64,000 nucleotides of DNA from an uncultured virus (IMG/VR IMGVR_UViG_3300037296_000406) (taxonomy: Duplodnaviria > Heunggongvirae > Uroviricota > Caudoviricetes). Both the position numbers and the translations under genes were made by a program. Numbering within the stretch: position 1 is the stretch's first letter; the number at the start of each line of letters is the position of its first letter. Shown in pieces: positions 46,001 through 55,097 of the stretch. A model generated the notes under the pieces. The model did no database searches, had not been told where the DNA came from, and worked only from the letters and a program-made list of their open reading frames with translations. Location: the IMG/VR virus record IMGVR_UViG_3300037296_000406; one strand, 5' to 3'.

Positions 46001-47891
46001 TTGATGCCACACAAACATCATTTATAATAAAAGTGTTTGGATCAATACAGCCTGCACTAGGCGGAACATTATCTTCAATGCAACTTCTGTATAACTTATC
46101 GTTAGTATCTCTTTCTGAAAAACATAATTGCTCCTCTTCAAATGTTGTAGCAACATCAAGACAACTTGGGTTAGACGAATTTGAGTTATTTATTTTAATG
46201 CTAGTTAAAATCTCTTCGTTTATTTCACAAAAAGAATCTTGAATATCATCTTCATCCAAGTCTAAAAAATTTCTTCTCCATATTCCATTTGATGGTGAAC
46301 ATGAAAAACTTCCATTAAATCGACCATCTCCATCTAAGTCATTACTTGTTATGTCTGGTACGTTATCGCCATTGATGTCAGAGAACCCTCTATTGTTTTT
46401 AGGTAAAGAATCCCAAAAATCAGGCGTTCCATCATTATCGTCGTCTTCATCGGCATTGTCTCCAATTAAATCGTTATCATAATCTGACCACTCTAGAGGG
46501 TCATATTTAAATCTATCTAAGACATCTAATACACCGTCTCCGTCGTCATCTAAATCAGTTTTATGCCCAATATTGTCTCCGTCTATATCAAAATATTCAA
46601 AAGCTTCTGTATTTAAATCATCAAAGATATTAGGAACACCATCGTTGTCCATATCCGCATCTAATCTAAAAAAAACTTCATTAGATTTAATACCTAAAAA
46701 TAGTTTTTCTTCAGGAGATATTGGAAACAAAGAATCTGGAATTCTATCTTTATCATAATCAGAAAAAGTTGTTCCATCCAAGCTATCTTGATCAAATACA
46801 TCAGGAACCATATCTCCATCATCATCTTCATCAGCATTATCTCCGATACCATCTCCATCTGTATCATCCCATTCAAATCTATCTTCTGGGAATTTATCTC
46901 TGTTACAGTCTAATGAAGAACTCAAATCAAGAGGAATGCAATTTACAAAACCATCGTTATCAATATCGCTATCAGTATTATCTCCGATACCATCTCCATC
47001 TGTATCTTTACTTTCTAGAGGATTTAAAGGAAAAGGATCCGAATTGTCGCCAACACCATCGCCATCTGAGTCTAACCATTCATTTGGATTAAAAGGAAAA
47101 GCGTCTTCTATATTACTATATCCATCGCCATCTGAGTCAAATATAGCTAATTTGTTTGAAGGGAACTCTTCCCAAGAATCAGGAAAAGAATCATTATCGT
47201 CATCAGGATCTATATTATTTCCCAGAATATCTAAATCATCATCAGCCCATTCTGTTTTATCATAAGGAAAAACATCTTGTAGGTTAGGAACTAAATCTCC
47301 GTCTATATCGAAATCTGATTCATTAGGAATTAAATCTCCGTCTATATCGAACAAACCATTTTTATTCCAAAATAAATCATCAAAAACATTAGGAGCACCA
47401 TCATTATCTATATCTTCATCATGAACGGTATCTCCGAGAGTGTCTCTATCGACATCAAAAAATTCTTCAGTATCATTTTTAAAACCAATACTCTCGAACT
47501 GATCTGGAACACCATCGTTATCATCGTCATCGTCATAATTATCTCCGATAGTATCACCATCAAAGTCAGCTTGTTCTCTAGGGTCTTCTGGTGCCCAGTC
47601 GGTATTGTCGCCAACACCATCGCCATCTGAATCTAACCATTCATATTTATCTTTAGGAAAAGCGTCAATTTCATTTAAGAATCCATCGTTATCTATGTCA
47701 GGGTCTTGGCAATCTAATACGCCGTCGCCATCTGTATCTAAAGCTAAACAAGATTCTGGGTTTTCTGGATTAAAGGGATTCCCAACCTCAGTATTACGAG
47801 AGTTTTCAGGAGCATCTTGCGTATCTTCTTTCTGTGCACAAGATACCAAAAACATAGAGATAATTAAAAAGATAGTTAAATTCTTTAACAT
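43059..47891 (-). CDS. Large lipoprotein with many thrombospondin type-3-like Ca-binding repeats, a beta-helix-like region and a C-terminal CBM-like domain
   Basis: Lipobox LVSC; dozens of DxDxDG...D.FP.D..EW.D units; DGLTDYEE/ADTDGD units; GLTIGNKYKI...FVFRAK...YINSIEL. Confidence 0.9.
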   Translation of the reverse strand: MLKNLTIFLIISMFLVSCAQKEDTQDAPENSRNTEVGNPFNPENPESCLALDTDGDGVLDCQDPDIDNDGFLNEIDAFPKDKYEWLDSDGDGVGDNTDWAPEDPREQADFDGDTIGDNYDDDDDNDGVPDQFESIGFKNDTEEFFDVDRDTLGDTVHDEDIDNDGAPNVFDDLFWNKNGLFDIDGDLIPNESDFDIDGDLVPNLQDVFPYDKTEWADDDLDILGNNIDPDDDNDSFPDSWEEFPSNKLAIFDSDGDGYSNIEDAFPFNPNEWLDSDGDGVGDNSDPFPLNPLESKDTDGDGIGDNTDSDIDNDGFVNCIPLDLSSSLDCNRDKFPEDRFEWDDTDGDGIGDNADEDDDGDMVPDVFDQDSLDGTTFSDYDKDRIPDSLFPISPEEKLFLGIKSNEVFFRLDADMDNDGVPNIFDDLNTEAFEYFDIDGDNIGHKTDLDDDGDGVLDVLDRFKYDPLEWSDYDNDLIGDNADEDDDNDGTPDFWDSLPKNNRGFSDINGDNVPDITSNDLDGDGRFNGSFSCSPSNGIWRRNFLDLDEDDIQDSFCEINEEILTSIKINNSNSSNPSCLDVATTFEEEQLCFSERDTNDKLYRSCIEDNVPPSAGCIDPNTFIINDVCVASNSTTCANIILQAESSCNSYSVQKCKYEDYSTNGSTGRNDLYPWDSEEWQDIDGDTLPDNLTDFDIDNDGVPDNWDDFPSDNVRDEKWRYFDIDGDSFANMAYYYDNQDNIFKYEYGSLGRSGYIVDSDSDNDFVDQGVLTCIRVSDGLIVGPSHNPLTLEDIRPVAPCQAGEIYNENTMSCEPDPTFVPIIVVDGSVDVINCFYQKEEGLDYFPFNENEDSDIDSDRIGDFNDNDIDGDRQDNCFGGLYKTRFNSPSFAGSNLNQLIDLEDFVSKRVGNIVYRYEKKSCDDDDLPFVSRTNLFNDATFIPADAPVGFGEIDYCGFSDCYYKNYDRDNDGLTDYEEYVFGSNPELADTDGDLVLDIYERTEGTDPLDSNSFLDTDKDGIPNSIDPFPKGSFDKESLLDQLSKSSSCKTKESKELCEPVGNIVPFCSWVDDESKLEVDESNPNEFIFGKKCISQEILITKDIVLDDCLNISGQIKLSSSNGSKIIAKNFENSVRCDSDNIILINAIENSELLLDNIIIETNNVDIVISSSGTSLELDKSSISSNNNDMTTIIEYQNNEGLFRVNNSTLRSIMIEGIKPEKEVQNSMINVLTKDMKIGSTLLDCNYNDHGLEEIVLNSSNYYLDNFICIQTSAEDTVFEKNIVTLMGLETDTGSVVSGAKAMVHNSIIQTNFTDINTIKSGMQGLFLIGSGFNINPLDVYIKDREERFSGMNPIGVYNINASIINTKESELDYTKIFSNDMEGVLYCKNESSDILPTYFSQMPVNPILVPMAVESFSDIPNNILGQNSYFTGASVVNSFWNTDNPYFISPVAYDGDNNRVLLSSTSGLPEGLSSKITGLTIGNKYKIVTNLKSLSVAKTDIDMNLQLINSSNESEIYEIVNIIKEDSPQQEPLIYDNINLKYKYRTDFNNTDVVFVFRAKATELYLRINNNNNSENVYINSIELLESSTYNAQILGAPLGVCKEDEKHLYLKQ

Positions 47892-47915
47892 TGATATACT
47901 TTCCCTTATTATGAT

Positions 47916-47924
47916 TAAATGGGG
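47916..47924 (-). promoter_or_regulatory. Representative copy of the recurrent CCATTTA promoter-like motif (here CCCCATTTA)
   Basis: One of 19 exact intergenic or 5'-proximal copies, all in sense orientation to the downstream gene (listed in findings). Confidence 0.75.
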
Positions 47925-47938
47925 ATATTTTGCTTAAA

Positions 47939-49612
47939 TCACGCAGGAAATTCGATATCTTTTAAAAAGATCTTAAGTTTACTTCCATTTGAATAAGTAT
48001 CTCCAATAATAGAGAACTCATGTTCTTCAGAAATTATTTTATTATATTTAGAAAAAAGCTCTTTAGATGCAAAAAAACATATAATAGAAATATTGTCGTC
48101 AATTTCTATTTTAAAGTGCTCTTCTTTTAGTATTTTATAATCTTTTATTTTTTTTAAATTATTAATTTTTATAATTGGTCTATCGTTACCTTTTCCAAAA
48201 GGTTCCATTGAGTAAAGTAGTTTAATAAATGCATCATCAATATCTTTGTGTTCAATATCGACTTCTGACTCACTTATACTGCCGACTTTCTTTCCAATCA
48301 TAAAATCTTTAATTAAAGATTTTACTAAATCAACTTTACTTTCTTCTACAGAGAATCCTAATGCAAAATCATGACCACCACCTTCAATATTTTTTCCTAA
48401 AATATCAATTAAAGGTGTTAATTCTATTCCAGATAAGGATCTCATCGAAGCTTTTCTTTTTCCATCATCGCCTAAACCACCAAGAACTAATACAGGTTTC
48501 TCTAATTCATAACAAAACCTTGTAGCTAAAAGTCCTATGATTCCTAAATTATAATCTTTGTCATCAAGAATTAACAATTCCTCATTAAAAGAATCTTTAA
48601 GCATTAATTTAGCTTCATCATAATATTTTTTAGTCATATCTTTTCTATTTTTATTATTTGACATTAGTTCTTTAACTTTTTCAAAAGAATTTAAAGTATC
48701 ATCAGTTAATAAAGATATTACCCAATCTGGATTTCCAATTCTTCCGGCTGAATTTAGTATTGGAGATAACTGCTGTCCAACATCCATTGCGTTAGGATAT
48801 TCAAAAAAATTAACATTATCTAATAATAAATTTAAGCCAACAATATTTGTTTCAAACAAATACTCCAAGCCATGTTCGACAATCATTCTATTATCGCCTT
48901 TTAATGGCATCATATCTGATATTATAGTTATCATAGCTAAAACTAAGTAATCCACCATCTTCTGTCTTTTCCCTTCAGAAAATATTGTACTATTAATAGC
49001 TCTTAAAAAATAGAAAGCAACTCCGCCTCCAGATAAACCTTGCAGATTATTTGGATCTTTAGTTATAAATTTAGGATTAATAATAGCTACAGCATTAGGT
49101 ATTTTATCTAATTGCACAGTATGATGATCAGTTATTATAACATCAATATTCGCTTTTTTTAAATCATCTACTGCTTTCTTTGCTGTAATTCCAGTATCCA
49201 CTGAAATAATTAGGTCTGGGGCATATTCTTCAATCATTTTCTTTACAGTATTATCATTGAATCCGTATCCATCACTTTTTCTGTCAGGAATGAAAAAATC
49301 AACATTAGCGTTTGCTCTTAAAAGATATAAGTAAATCATTGATGTAGCAACCATTCCGTCAACATCGTAATCCCCAAAAACAACAATTTTCTCATCCGAT
49401 ATTAATGCTTTCTTAATTCTCTTTAATGCTTTCTTCATTGTTGGAAATTTTAGAGGATTATCTAATTTGTATTCTTTCTTAAAATATTTTAAAATATTAT
49501 CTTCGGTATCTATTCCACGATTATATAATAAAGTACTTATACTTTTTGGTATTTTATAGAACTTGCTTAAAGCTGTAATACTAGCTAAATCTTTATTATC
49601 ATATTTTTTCAT
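47939..49612 (-). CDS. recJ: RecJ-like ssDNA exonuclease (DHH family)
   Basis: FGDYDVDG, PDRKSDGYG, VDTG, TDHH, INP, NSAGR, GGGH. Confidence 0.93.
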   Translation of the reverse strand: MKKYDNKDLASITALSKFYKIPKSISTLLYNRGIDTEDNILKYFKKEYKLDNPLKFPTMKKALKRIKKALISDEKIVVFGDYDVDGMVATSMIYLYLLRANANVDFFIPDRKSDGYGFNDNTVKKMIEEYAPDLIISVDTGITAKKAVDDLKKANIDVIITDHHTVQLDKIPNAVAIINPKFITKDPNNLQGLSGGGVAFYFLRAINSTIFSEGKRQKMVDYLVLAMITIISDMMPLKGDNRMIVEHGLEYLFETNIVGLNLLLDNVNFFEYPNAMDVGQQLSPILNSAGRIGNPDWVISLLTDDTLNSFEKVKELMSNNKNRKDMTKKYYDEAKLMLKDSFNEELLILDDKDYNLGIIGLLATRFCYELEKPVLVLGGLGDDGKRKASMRSLSGIELTPLIDILGKNIEGGGHDFALGFSVEESKVDLVKSLIKDFMIGKKVGSISESEVDIEHKDIDDAFIKLLYSMEPFGKGNDRPIIKINNLKKIKDYKILKEEHFKIEIDDNISIICFFASKELFSKYNKIISEEHEFSIIGDTYSNGSKLKIFLKDIEFPA

Positions 49613-49618
49613 AGTTAA

Positions 49619-50365
49619 TTATTTTGGAAATTCGTTATACATATATGTTGGTTGAAGTTCAAAGGCTTTTCTAAAGAAAACTACACTTCGTTCTTTATCA
49701 TCTTCAATCCAATCTTTAATTCTAATATTTAATCCAGCCCATATTCTATCCATATATGCTACTTCTTTTGCAGATGAACCTGTTATAGTTATCAAAAAAC
49801 CTATCGGTGTTGCAAAAACTATTGACTTGTCCAAATCTTCTTTTCTAATAATTCCATTTGATACTATCAGTTTGGTTAAAATATCAGTCTTAACTCTAAG
49901 TGGATGAAAATGTATAACTAAAACTGCGAAAATTATTTGAATAATAATATTTATTATAAGAATAATTCCAATAGCAGTTAAACGTATTTTTGTTTCAATT
50001 TTATTTAATTTAGCTTCTTTATTATCTTTTTCTGAACTTGCTACTGTATAATAATAACTGTCCATTCTATCAAAAAAATTGTCAACATCACTTGCAACTT
50101 TAACTCTATTGTGAAAGTTTATATCTTTACTATATGTTTTGTTTATTTTATAAGCACCAATAATTATTGGAACAAATAATAGAAGAGCTATTATGTAGTC
50201 TCTTTTTATTTGATTTGAAAACCATTTTTCTTCAGTTATTTTATAACATCTTTTCAATAATTTATTAAAAGACAAGACTCTAAAACTTGGAATTAAGTAT
50301 AATAATATTATCCAAAATAATTTAAACATCTTCGAAAATATTGATACTTTTTTTTCTTCTTCCAT
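49619..50365 (-). CDS. Membrane protein, distant paralog of 50408..51136
   Basis: TM helices; HPLR...ATPIG...RIWAGLN...FELQP; CCATTTA at 50391-50397. Confidence 0.7.
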   Translation of the reverse strand: MEEEKKVSIFSKMFKLFWIILLYLIPSFRVLSFNKLLKRCYKITEEKWFSNQIKRDYIIALLLFVPIIIGAYKINKTYSKDINFHNRVKVASDVDNFFDRMDSYYYTVASSEKDNKEAKLNKIETKIRLTAIGIILIINIIIQIIFAVLVIHFHPLRVKTDILTKLIVSNGIIRKEDLDKSIVFATPIGFLITITGSSAKEVAYMDRIWAGLNIRIKDWIEDDKERSVVFFRKAFELQPTYMYNEFPK

Positions 50366-50407
50366 GATTTCCTTATTATTTTCATTTATATAAATGGATT
50401 TTTTTAA

Positions 50408-51136
50408 TTAAATATCTGATGATTTAAATATAATCTTAGGGGGTAGCTCATATTTACCCGGAATGATAAATTTCCGTTTATCTTCAGGAATTAATACGGG
50501 CTCTGAAGGAGCATAGTTAATTGTATTCCAAAACTTAGTTTCTCTAACGAATTTATAAACATCACATTGATAGGTCTCAAAGTAAAGAGCATGAGGCGTC
50601 CAGACAACTTTCCATGGGTTACCATCCTCGTCAACTTTATTTGCATTTAAAAGAACATCTTGAATCTCTTTTTGTTTTTTAAATGCTGGATGTTTTGACA
50701 TAAGATTTGCACCTAAAATAGAAAACATATACGCATATAAAATAACTTCAAAGTCAGTTAATTTAATAGGTTGATAACGAATTGAGTTATATGATCTCTT
50801 TAAAAAAGAGAATGTTTTTTTGATAGGAGTATCTCCTTTTAATGGAAGAACTACTCTTTGAACGTATAATTGATATCTGTCCTTATTATTGTAAATATTT
50901 AAGCCCGAATATATTACACCTAAAAATAAAGGTAAAAAGATTAGAACATTAAGGAGAAGGTGATTCCTTTTTCTTAATTTAAGAGTTGAACGTTCATTAG
51001 TTCTACTGTAAATCAAATATACTATATAATTATAGTAGTCAAATCTTTTTCTGACTACAAACGGATAGTTTAGTAATTTTCTTACGTAGAACCAAACTTT
51101 CCTTAAAATTATTTTAAACCAATTACCTGAATTCAT
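50408..51136 (-). CDS. Membrane protein, distant paralog of 49619..50365
   Basis: TM helices; HPAF...WTPHA...KFWNTIN...YELPP; CCATTTA at 51166-51172. Confidence 0.7.
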   Translation of the reverse strand: MNSGNWFKIILRKVWFYVRKLLNYPFVVRKRFDYYNYIVYLIYSRTNERSTLKLRKRNHLLLNVLIFLPLFLGVIYSGLNIYNNKDRYQLYVQRVVLPLKGDTPIKKTFSFLKRSYNSIRYQPIKLTDFEVILYAYMFSILGANLMSKHPAFKKQKEIQDVLLNANKVDEDGNPWKVVWTPHALYFETYQCDVYKFVRETKFWNTINYAPSEPVLIPEDKRKFIIPGKYELPPKIIFKSSDI

Positions 51137-51206
51137 TATGTCCTTAATATTATTATACGATAAATTAAATGGATTTTTTAGATAAAAGACCTATATCAAT
51201 TATAAA

Positions 51207-52631
51207 TTATTCATCATCTTCAAGATCATCGGTATTATCTAATTGAATTCTAAGTTCCTTATAAAAATCTTTATTGTTTCCAATAAATTCTAAAGCGTTA
51301 TTAAACTGATTAAAAAATTGAGTTTTTGACGAAAGACTCCACTGATTGTCTGTTGGTAATTCCGCGCACATAACATGATTAGGGCTTGCTGTACAATCTT
51401 TAATGGGTAAGCCAACCATTAAACCAAGTTGTCTTGCTATTAGAGCAGTTAATCCATCTCTAGTTATACCTCCATTTCCTCCATCACATAAAGCATTATT
51501 TGCATCAAAACAAGAGGATCTTAAGATTAAAGAAAAATTTCTTTTGTAGGCTTGATTTATAAACATTACTGAATTTGGATCTGCAGGCGATAAATCATTA
51601 TCTGTAATAAATCCGTTTATATCAACATCGGGCCAAATCATTACATAACTTTTTGACCTCTCAGCTAACTCTGTTCTTTCAAAGTAAAATGGAATTGATG
51701 ATTCTGGAGTAGTTTGTTCTTCTTTTGAGAAATAATTACATCCTAAAATTGTTGAACAAGATATTTCATTTAATGATTCAATTACATCTTGCATAAAAAA
51801 AGTATTGTTTTTTTGTCCATTGGGACTTGCTAACGCTAGTGTTTTATCCATCCAAGGTTTTTCTAAACATGATGAGGCATAAGCTCCATCATTATAAAAA
51901 TTTGAATTATTTTCTATTGTAATTAAATGAGAAGTTAATGCTTGATAATAAGATGATCTATTCTGTGAATTCCATTGTTCATCTTTAGATTCTGGACATA
52001 GAACATCGTTTGGACTTGATATACAGTCCACTGGAGGCATCTGAAGAACTAAACCTAACTGCCTAGCAACTAATGCATTTAAGCCATCTATACCTAATTG
52101 TCCGCAAGAGAATCCACCTTCTCCATCAAAACACGATGCTCTAAATATCATATAAAATTTTCTTTTAAATTTAGAATTTACTATCGAGATTGCATTTCTA
52201 TCAGGAATATTATTTAAACCTCCAAAGTTGGTATTAACAAAGTCTTCAAATTTTGAATCTTCCCAAATTAATATAAAACTGTCATAATCTTGTTGATTTA
52301 AATTTGAAGGTCTTATTGGTTGTAATAACTCTGAGTTTTTAGTTTTAAATCTAAAATAATTTTCACCTAATCTAGATTCTAATTCTATTTTTCTAATTAT
52401 ATCTTGTATTGTTTTTTTATCAAATGTGTTATTTCTATTTGGGTTAGTTGGATCTGAAGTTGCAAAATATAAATCTCTATCTATCCACCTTAAGCAGTTT
52501 ATTTCCCAATCAGTAATTAAAGATATATCCGAAGAAGTATCATCATTCGTGTCGTCATCTGTTTTAGTTCCGCATGAAACAATCGAGAAACTTAATACAA
52601 ATATGAAAAATATATTTATTTTTTTTATCAT
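51207..52631 (-). CDS. Lipoprotein with two tandem zincin-like domains lacking HExxH
   Basis: Lipobox IVSC; internal duplication (NNTF, RASCFD/RSSCFD, ALVARQLGL/ALIARQLGL). Confidence 0.8.
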   Translation of the reverse strand: MIKKINIFFIFVLSFSIVSCGTKTDDDTNDDTSSDISLITDWEINCLRWIDRDLYFATSDPTNPNRNNTFDKKTIQDIIRKIELESRLGENYFRFKTKNSELLQPIRPSNLNQQDYDSFILIWEDSKFEDFVNTNFGGLNNIPDRNAISIVNSKFKRKFYMIFRASCFDGEGGFSCGQLGIDGLNALVARQLGLVLQMPPVDCISSPNDVLCPESKDEQWNSQNRSSYYQALTSHLITIENNSNFYNDGAYASSCLEKPWMDKTLALASPNGQKNNTFFMQDVIESLNEISCSTILGCNYFSKEEQTTPESSIPFYFERTELAERSKSYVMIWPDVDINGFITDNDLSPADPNSVMFINQAYKRNFSLILRSSCFDANNALCDGGNGGITRDGLTALIARQLGLMVGLPIKDCTASPNHVMCAELPTDNQWSLSSKTQFFNQFNNALEFIGNNKDFYKELRIQLDNTDDLEDDE

Positions 52632-52638
52632 AATAATA

Positions 52639-54354
52639 TTAATAAATGTGTTCTAAATTCTCTGTTAATCCATTAAATTTAAAATAAGGAGTTCTTCTAA
52701 CTGGCTTATTTCCAAAACTTTGAATTAGAGTACTCAGTCCCGCAGTTCCTCCATATTGATTTAAATATTGATTAATAGTGAATGTTTTTTGTGCATTAAA
52801 ATAAACCCATCCAGTTAATCCTTGACTTTGTTCATTTGCATCTAGACAAGCTTCAGCTTTCTTTGAAACTAATTCATAATTTCCACTTCCACCCGAGCTT
52901 CTTGAATAAACTCTCATACAACCTTCCATTTTGAAAGTTACAGTTCTTATTCCATTAAAATGTCCTGTTATATTTCTTAAAGAATCTTCTGGAATGTAGT
53001 TGAAATAGCTAAAGAAAGTATCTGTAGTATCAAATTGAGTAGTTAATTTATCTTGCTTTGATAAAAATAATTTTTGATTGGTTTGAGGGTGACATATAGA
53101 AAGAAAACCTTCACTATTATTGGCTGTTTCTTTTTCAGCTTCAGCTGCTAATGGTGCAAAAGGAATCCCTGTTATCTCTTGACAAGTTGGTTTATATGGC
53201 GTAATTAAAGAAATTCCTTGCGGGTTATTATATAAAGCATTTTGAGTTAAATCCATAATAAATTCTAAATCCCAAGGAGTACCTGCAGGAAGGTTATTAA
53301 TCTCAAAAGTTCTTCCGTCGGTTAAATTCTGAAGAGAGTTGTTCATTCTTATTTTTAGATTAAAGTCGGTGTCGGTGTCTAATGATACGGTTTTTACATA
53401 ATAATTTTGACCTCTAACTATAGAAACTTCACCTTTTTCTTTAAATCTATCTAAGTCAATTGGATTTTCAAAAAACAATTCTTGTTCTATAACAATTTTA
53501 GGTCTATTTTTAAAAAGTATTCTCAGATCAGATTGAGTTGCTTCTGGCTGGTCATCTTCTCTTAATGTGAAAAATGAAAAGTTTTGATTTGGTACATTAT
53601 CATCTCCATCAAAATAAAAATTAAATCTATCTTGTAGAGAGAAATCTGTTATATCATCAGAATAATCGATAAAAAAGTCTGTAACTGGAGTTTGCAAATA
53701 ACTTTCAAATTCAATAACAACTGGAGTTTGACCTTGTATATCAGCACTTTCTGCTGATATAGATATTTCATGAAGATATCTCTTACCGACTTCGTCATTG
53801 ACTGAATAAAATTGTCCCTGAAACATTGCATTTATAAGAGGTAGGAAAGCTCTATTTTCAAACACTTCCATTGTTCCAGTAAAAGATGCTACATCTTGTC
53901 CATTTAATTCTTTTTTCTTATATCTATAGATATAATTTGTATTAGCATTAGCTTCTACTTCAATAAACGGTATAGTACTAAAATTTTCTTCAAGGAATGA
54001 TGTCGGATTATCTTTTTGATTCATTGATTCTTTTATAATATTAATAGCTGCATTTTTTGTTAAGTTAAGAAATGATGAGTACGCAGGAATTACTTGTCCA
54101 AATATTCCACCTCTTAAATTATCAGCAGTTATATCTTTCCATTCTTTTTCAATAGGACTATAAAAAGTAGTGTCTACAAAATTTAATGCAAGATTTACTT
54201 GTTGTCCATCAATGTCTCCAATGTTTTTTGTACATTTTGCATCATCAACATTAGTTGCGCTTGAACATGGAGACTCATCATCGCTACTTTGAGAACAAGC
54301 TCCGAGAGCAATTAGCATACATAGCGTAATAAGTGTCTTAATCAGTTTATTCAT
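52639..54354 (-). CDS. Hypothetical lipoprotein
   Basis: Lipobox LGAC; SD AGGAG; CCATTTA at 54376-54382. Confidence 0.8.
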   Translation of the reverse strand: MNKLIKTLITLCMLIALGACSQSSDDESPCSSATNVDDAKCTKNIGDIDGQQVNLALNFVDTTFYSPIEKEWKDITADNLRGGIFGQVIPAYSSFLNLTKNAAINIIKESMNQKDNPTSFLEENFSTIPFIEVEANANTNYIYRYKKKELNGQDVASFTGTMEVFENRAFLPLINAMFQGQFYSVNDEVGKRYLHEISISAESADIQGQTPVVIEFESYLQTPVTDFFIDYSDDITDFSLQDRFNFYFDGDDNVPNQNFSFFTLREDDQPEATQSDLRILFKNRPKIVIEQELFFENPIDLDRFKEKGEVSIVRGQNYYVKTVSLDTDTDFNLKIRMNNSLQNLTDGRTFEINNLPAGTPWDLEFIMDLTQNALYNNPQGISLITPYKPTCQEITGIPFAPLAAEAEKETANNSEGFLSICHPQTNQKLFLSKQDKLTTQFDTTDTFFSYFNYIPEDSLRNITGHFNGIRTVTFKMEGCMRVYSRSSGGSGNYELVSKKAEACLDANEQSQGLTGWVYFNAQKTFTINQYLNQYGGTAGLSTLIQSFGNKPVRRTPYFKFNGLTENLEHIY

Positions 54355-54438
54355 TATAGAACTCTCCTACTTAACTAAATGGAGATTATTTGAATAAAAA
54401 AAATACATAAAAGCTATTTTCTAGATTAAATAAATAAA

Positions 54439-54981
54439 TTATTTAATACGTAAAGGAATATCAAAAAACAAATAAGGCAAGTAAAATTCTCTAGAACCTT
54501 TATTTAGCGGTTTAACATCTATTTTAAGTCTGTCTAAGACCTCTTTATTTACGTATAGATTCATTTTATAATCACCAAAATTTATTTCTAACTCTACTAT
54601 ATCATGAAAAACTAATTGAGCTTTTTCTATAGATATTTCATCTGAAAATTCTACAATAAGTCTTCGTACCATTTGATTTTTTCTTCTATTAAAGAAAAAG
54701 TTTATTTCTTCTAATTTTTCTGCCGAAGCGATAATAGGGTTAATTGAAAATAATTCTCTTTCAATCATAACTCTTCGTTCTATTCTTGCCAACCAAAATA
54801 AATAATTAAAAACAACAGAATTTAAATCATGCGCCTTTTTTTCAAATTTCAATCGATTTTGCCTAAAATAAAAGTAAGTTCTATAAGCATAATTTATTGG
54901 GGACAATTTACCCTTTAAAAGGTCAGTATCTAAGCCTTCTCTAAATCCAATCAAGTCTGAAAGTACCTGTTTATCTATCAT
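54439..54981 (-). CDS. Hypothetical protein
   Basis: Start moved to MIDKQ at 54981: SD GGAG at 54987-54990, and CCCATTTA at 55015-55022 falls inside the longer ORF. Confidence 0.7.
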   Translation of the reverse strand: MIDKQVLSDLIGFREGLDTDLLKGKLSPINYAYRTYFYFRQNRLKFEKKAHDLNSVVFNYLFWLARIERRVMIERELFSINPIIASAEKLEEINFFFNRRKNQMVRRLIVEFSDEISIEKAQLVFHDIVELEINFGDYKMNLYVNKEVLDRLKIDVKPLNKGSREFYLPYLFFDIPLRIK

Positions 54982-55097
54982 TAAAACTCCATCTTTTATT
55001 TGTTTATCTATCGCTAAATGGGAAAATTTCATCATTTTTTTTTTATTTTTCTATTTATAGGAATAAGTAACATAATTAATTAAAAAAAAGAGGATTT

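Noticed and set aside
40206..47937. Many short overlapping ORFs (for example 40206..40670, 44335..44907, 46721..47092, 47605..47937)
   Set aside because: They are antisense or off-frame shadows of long, well-supported genes, with low-complexity translations and no SD.
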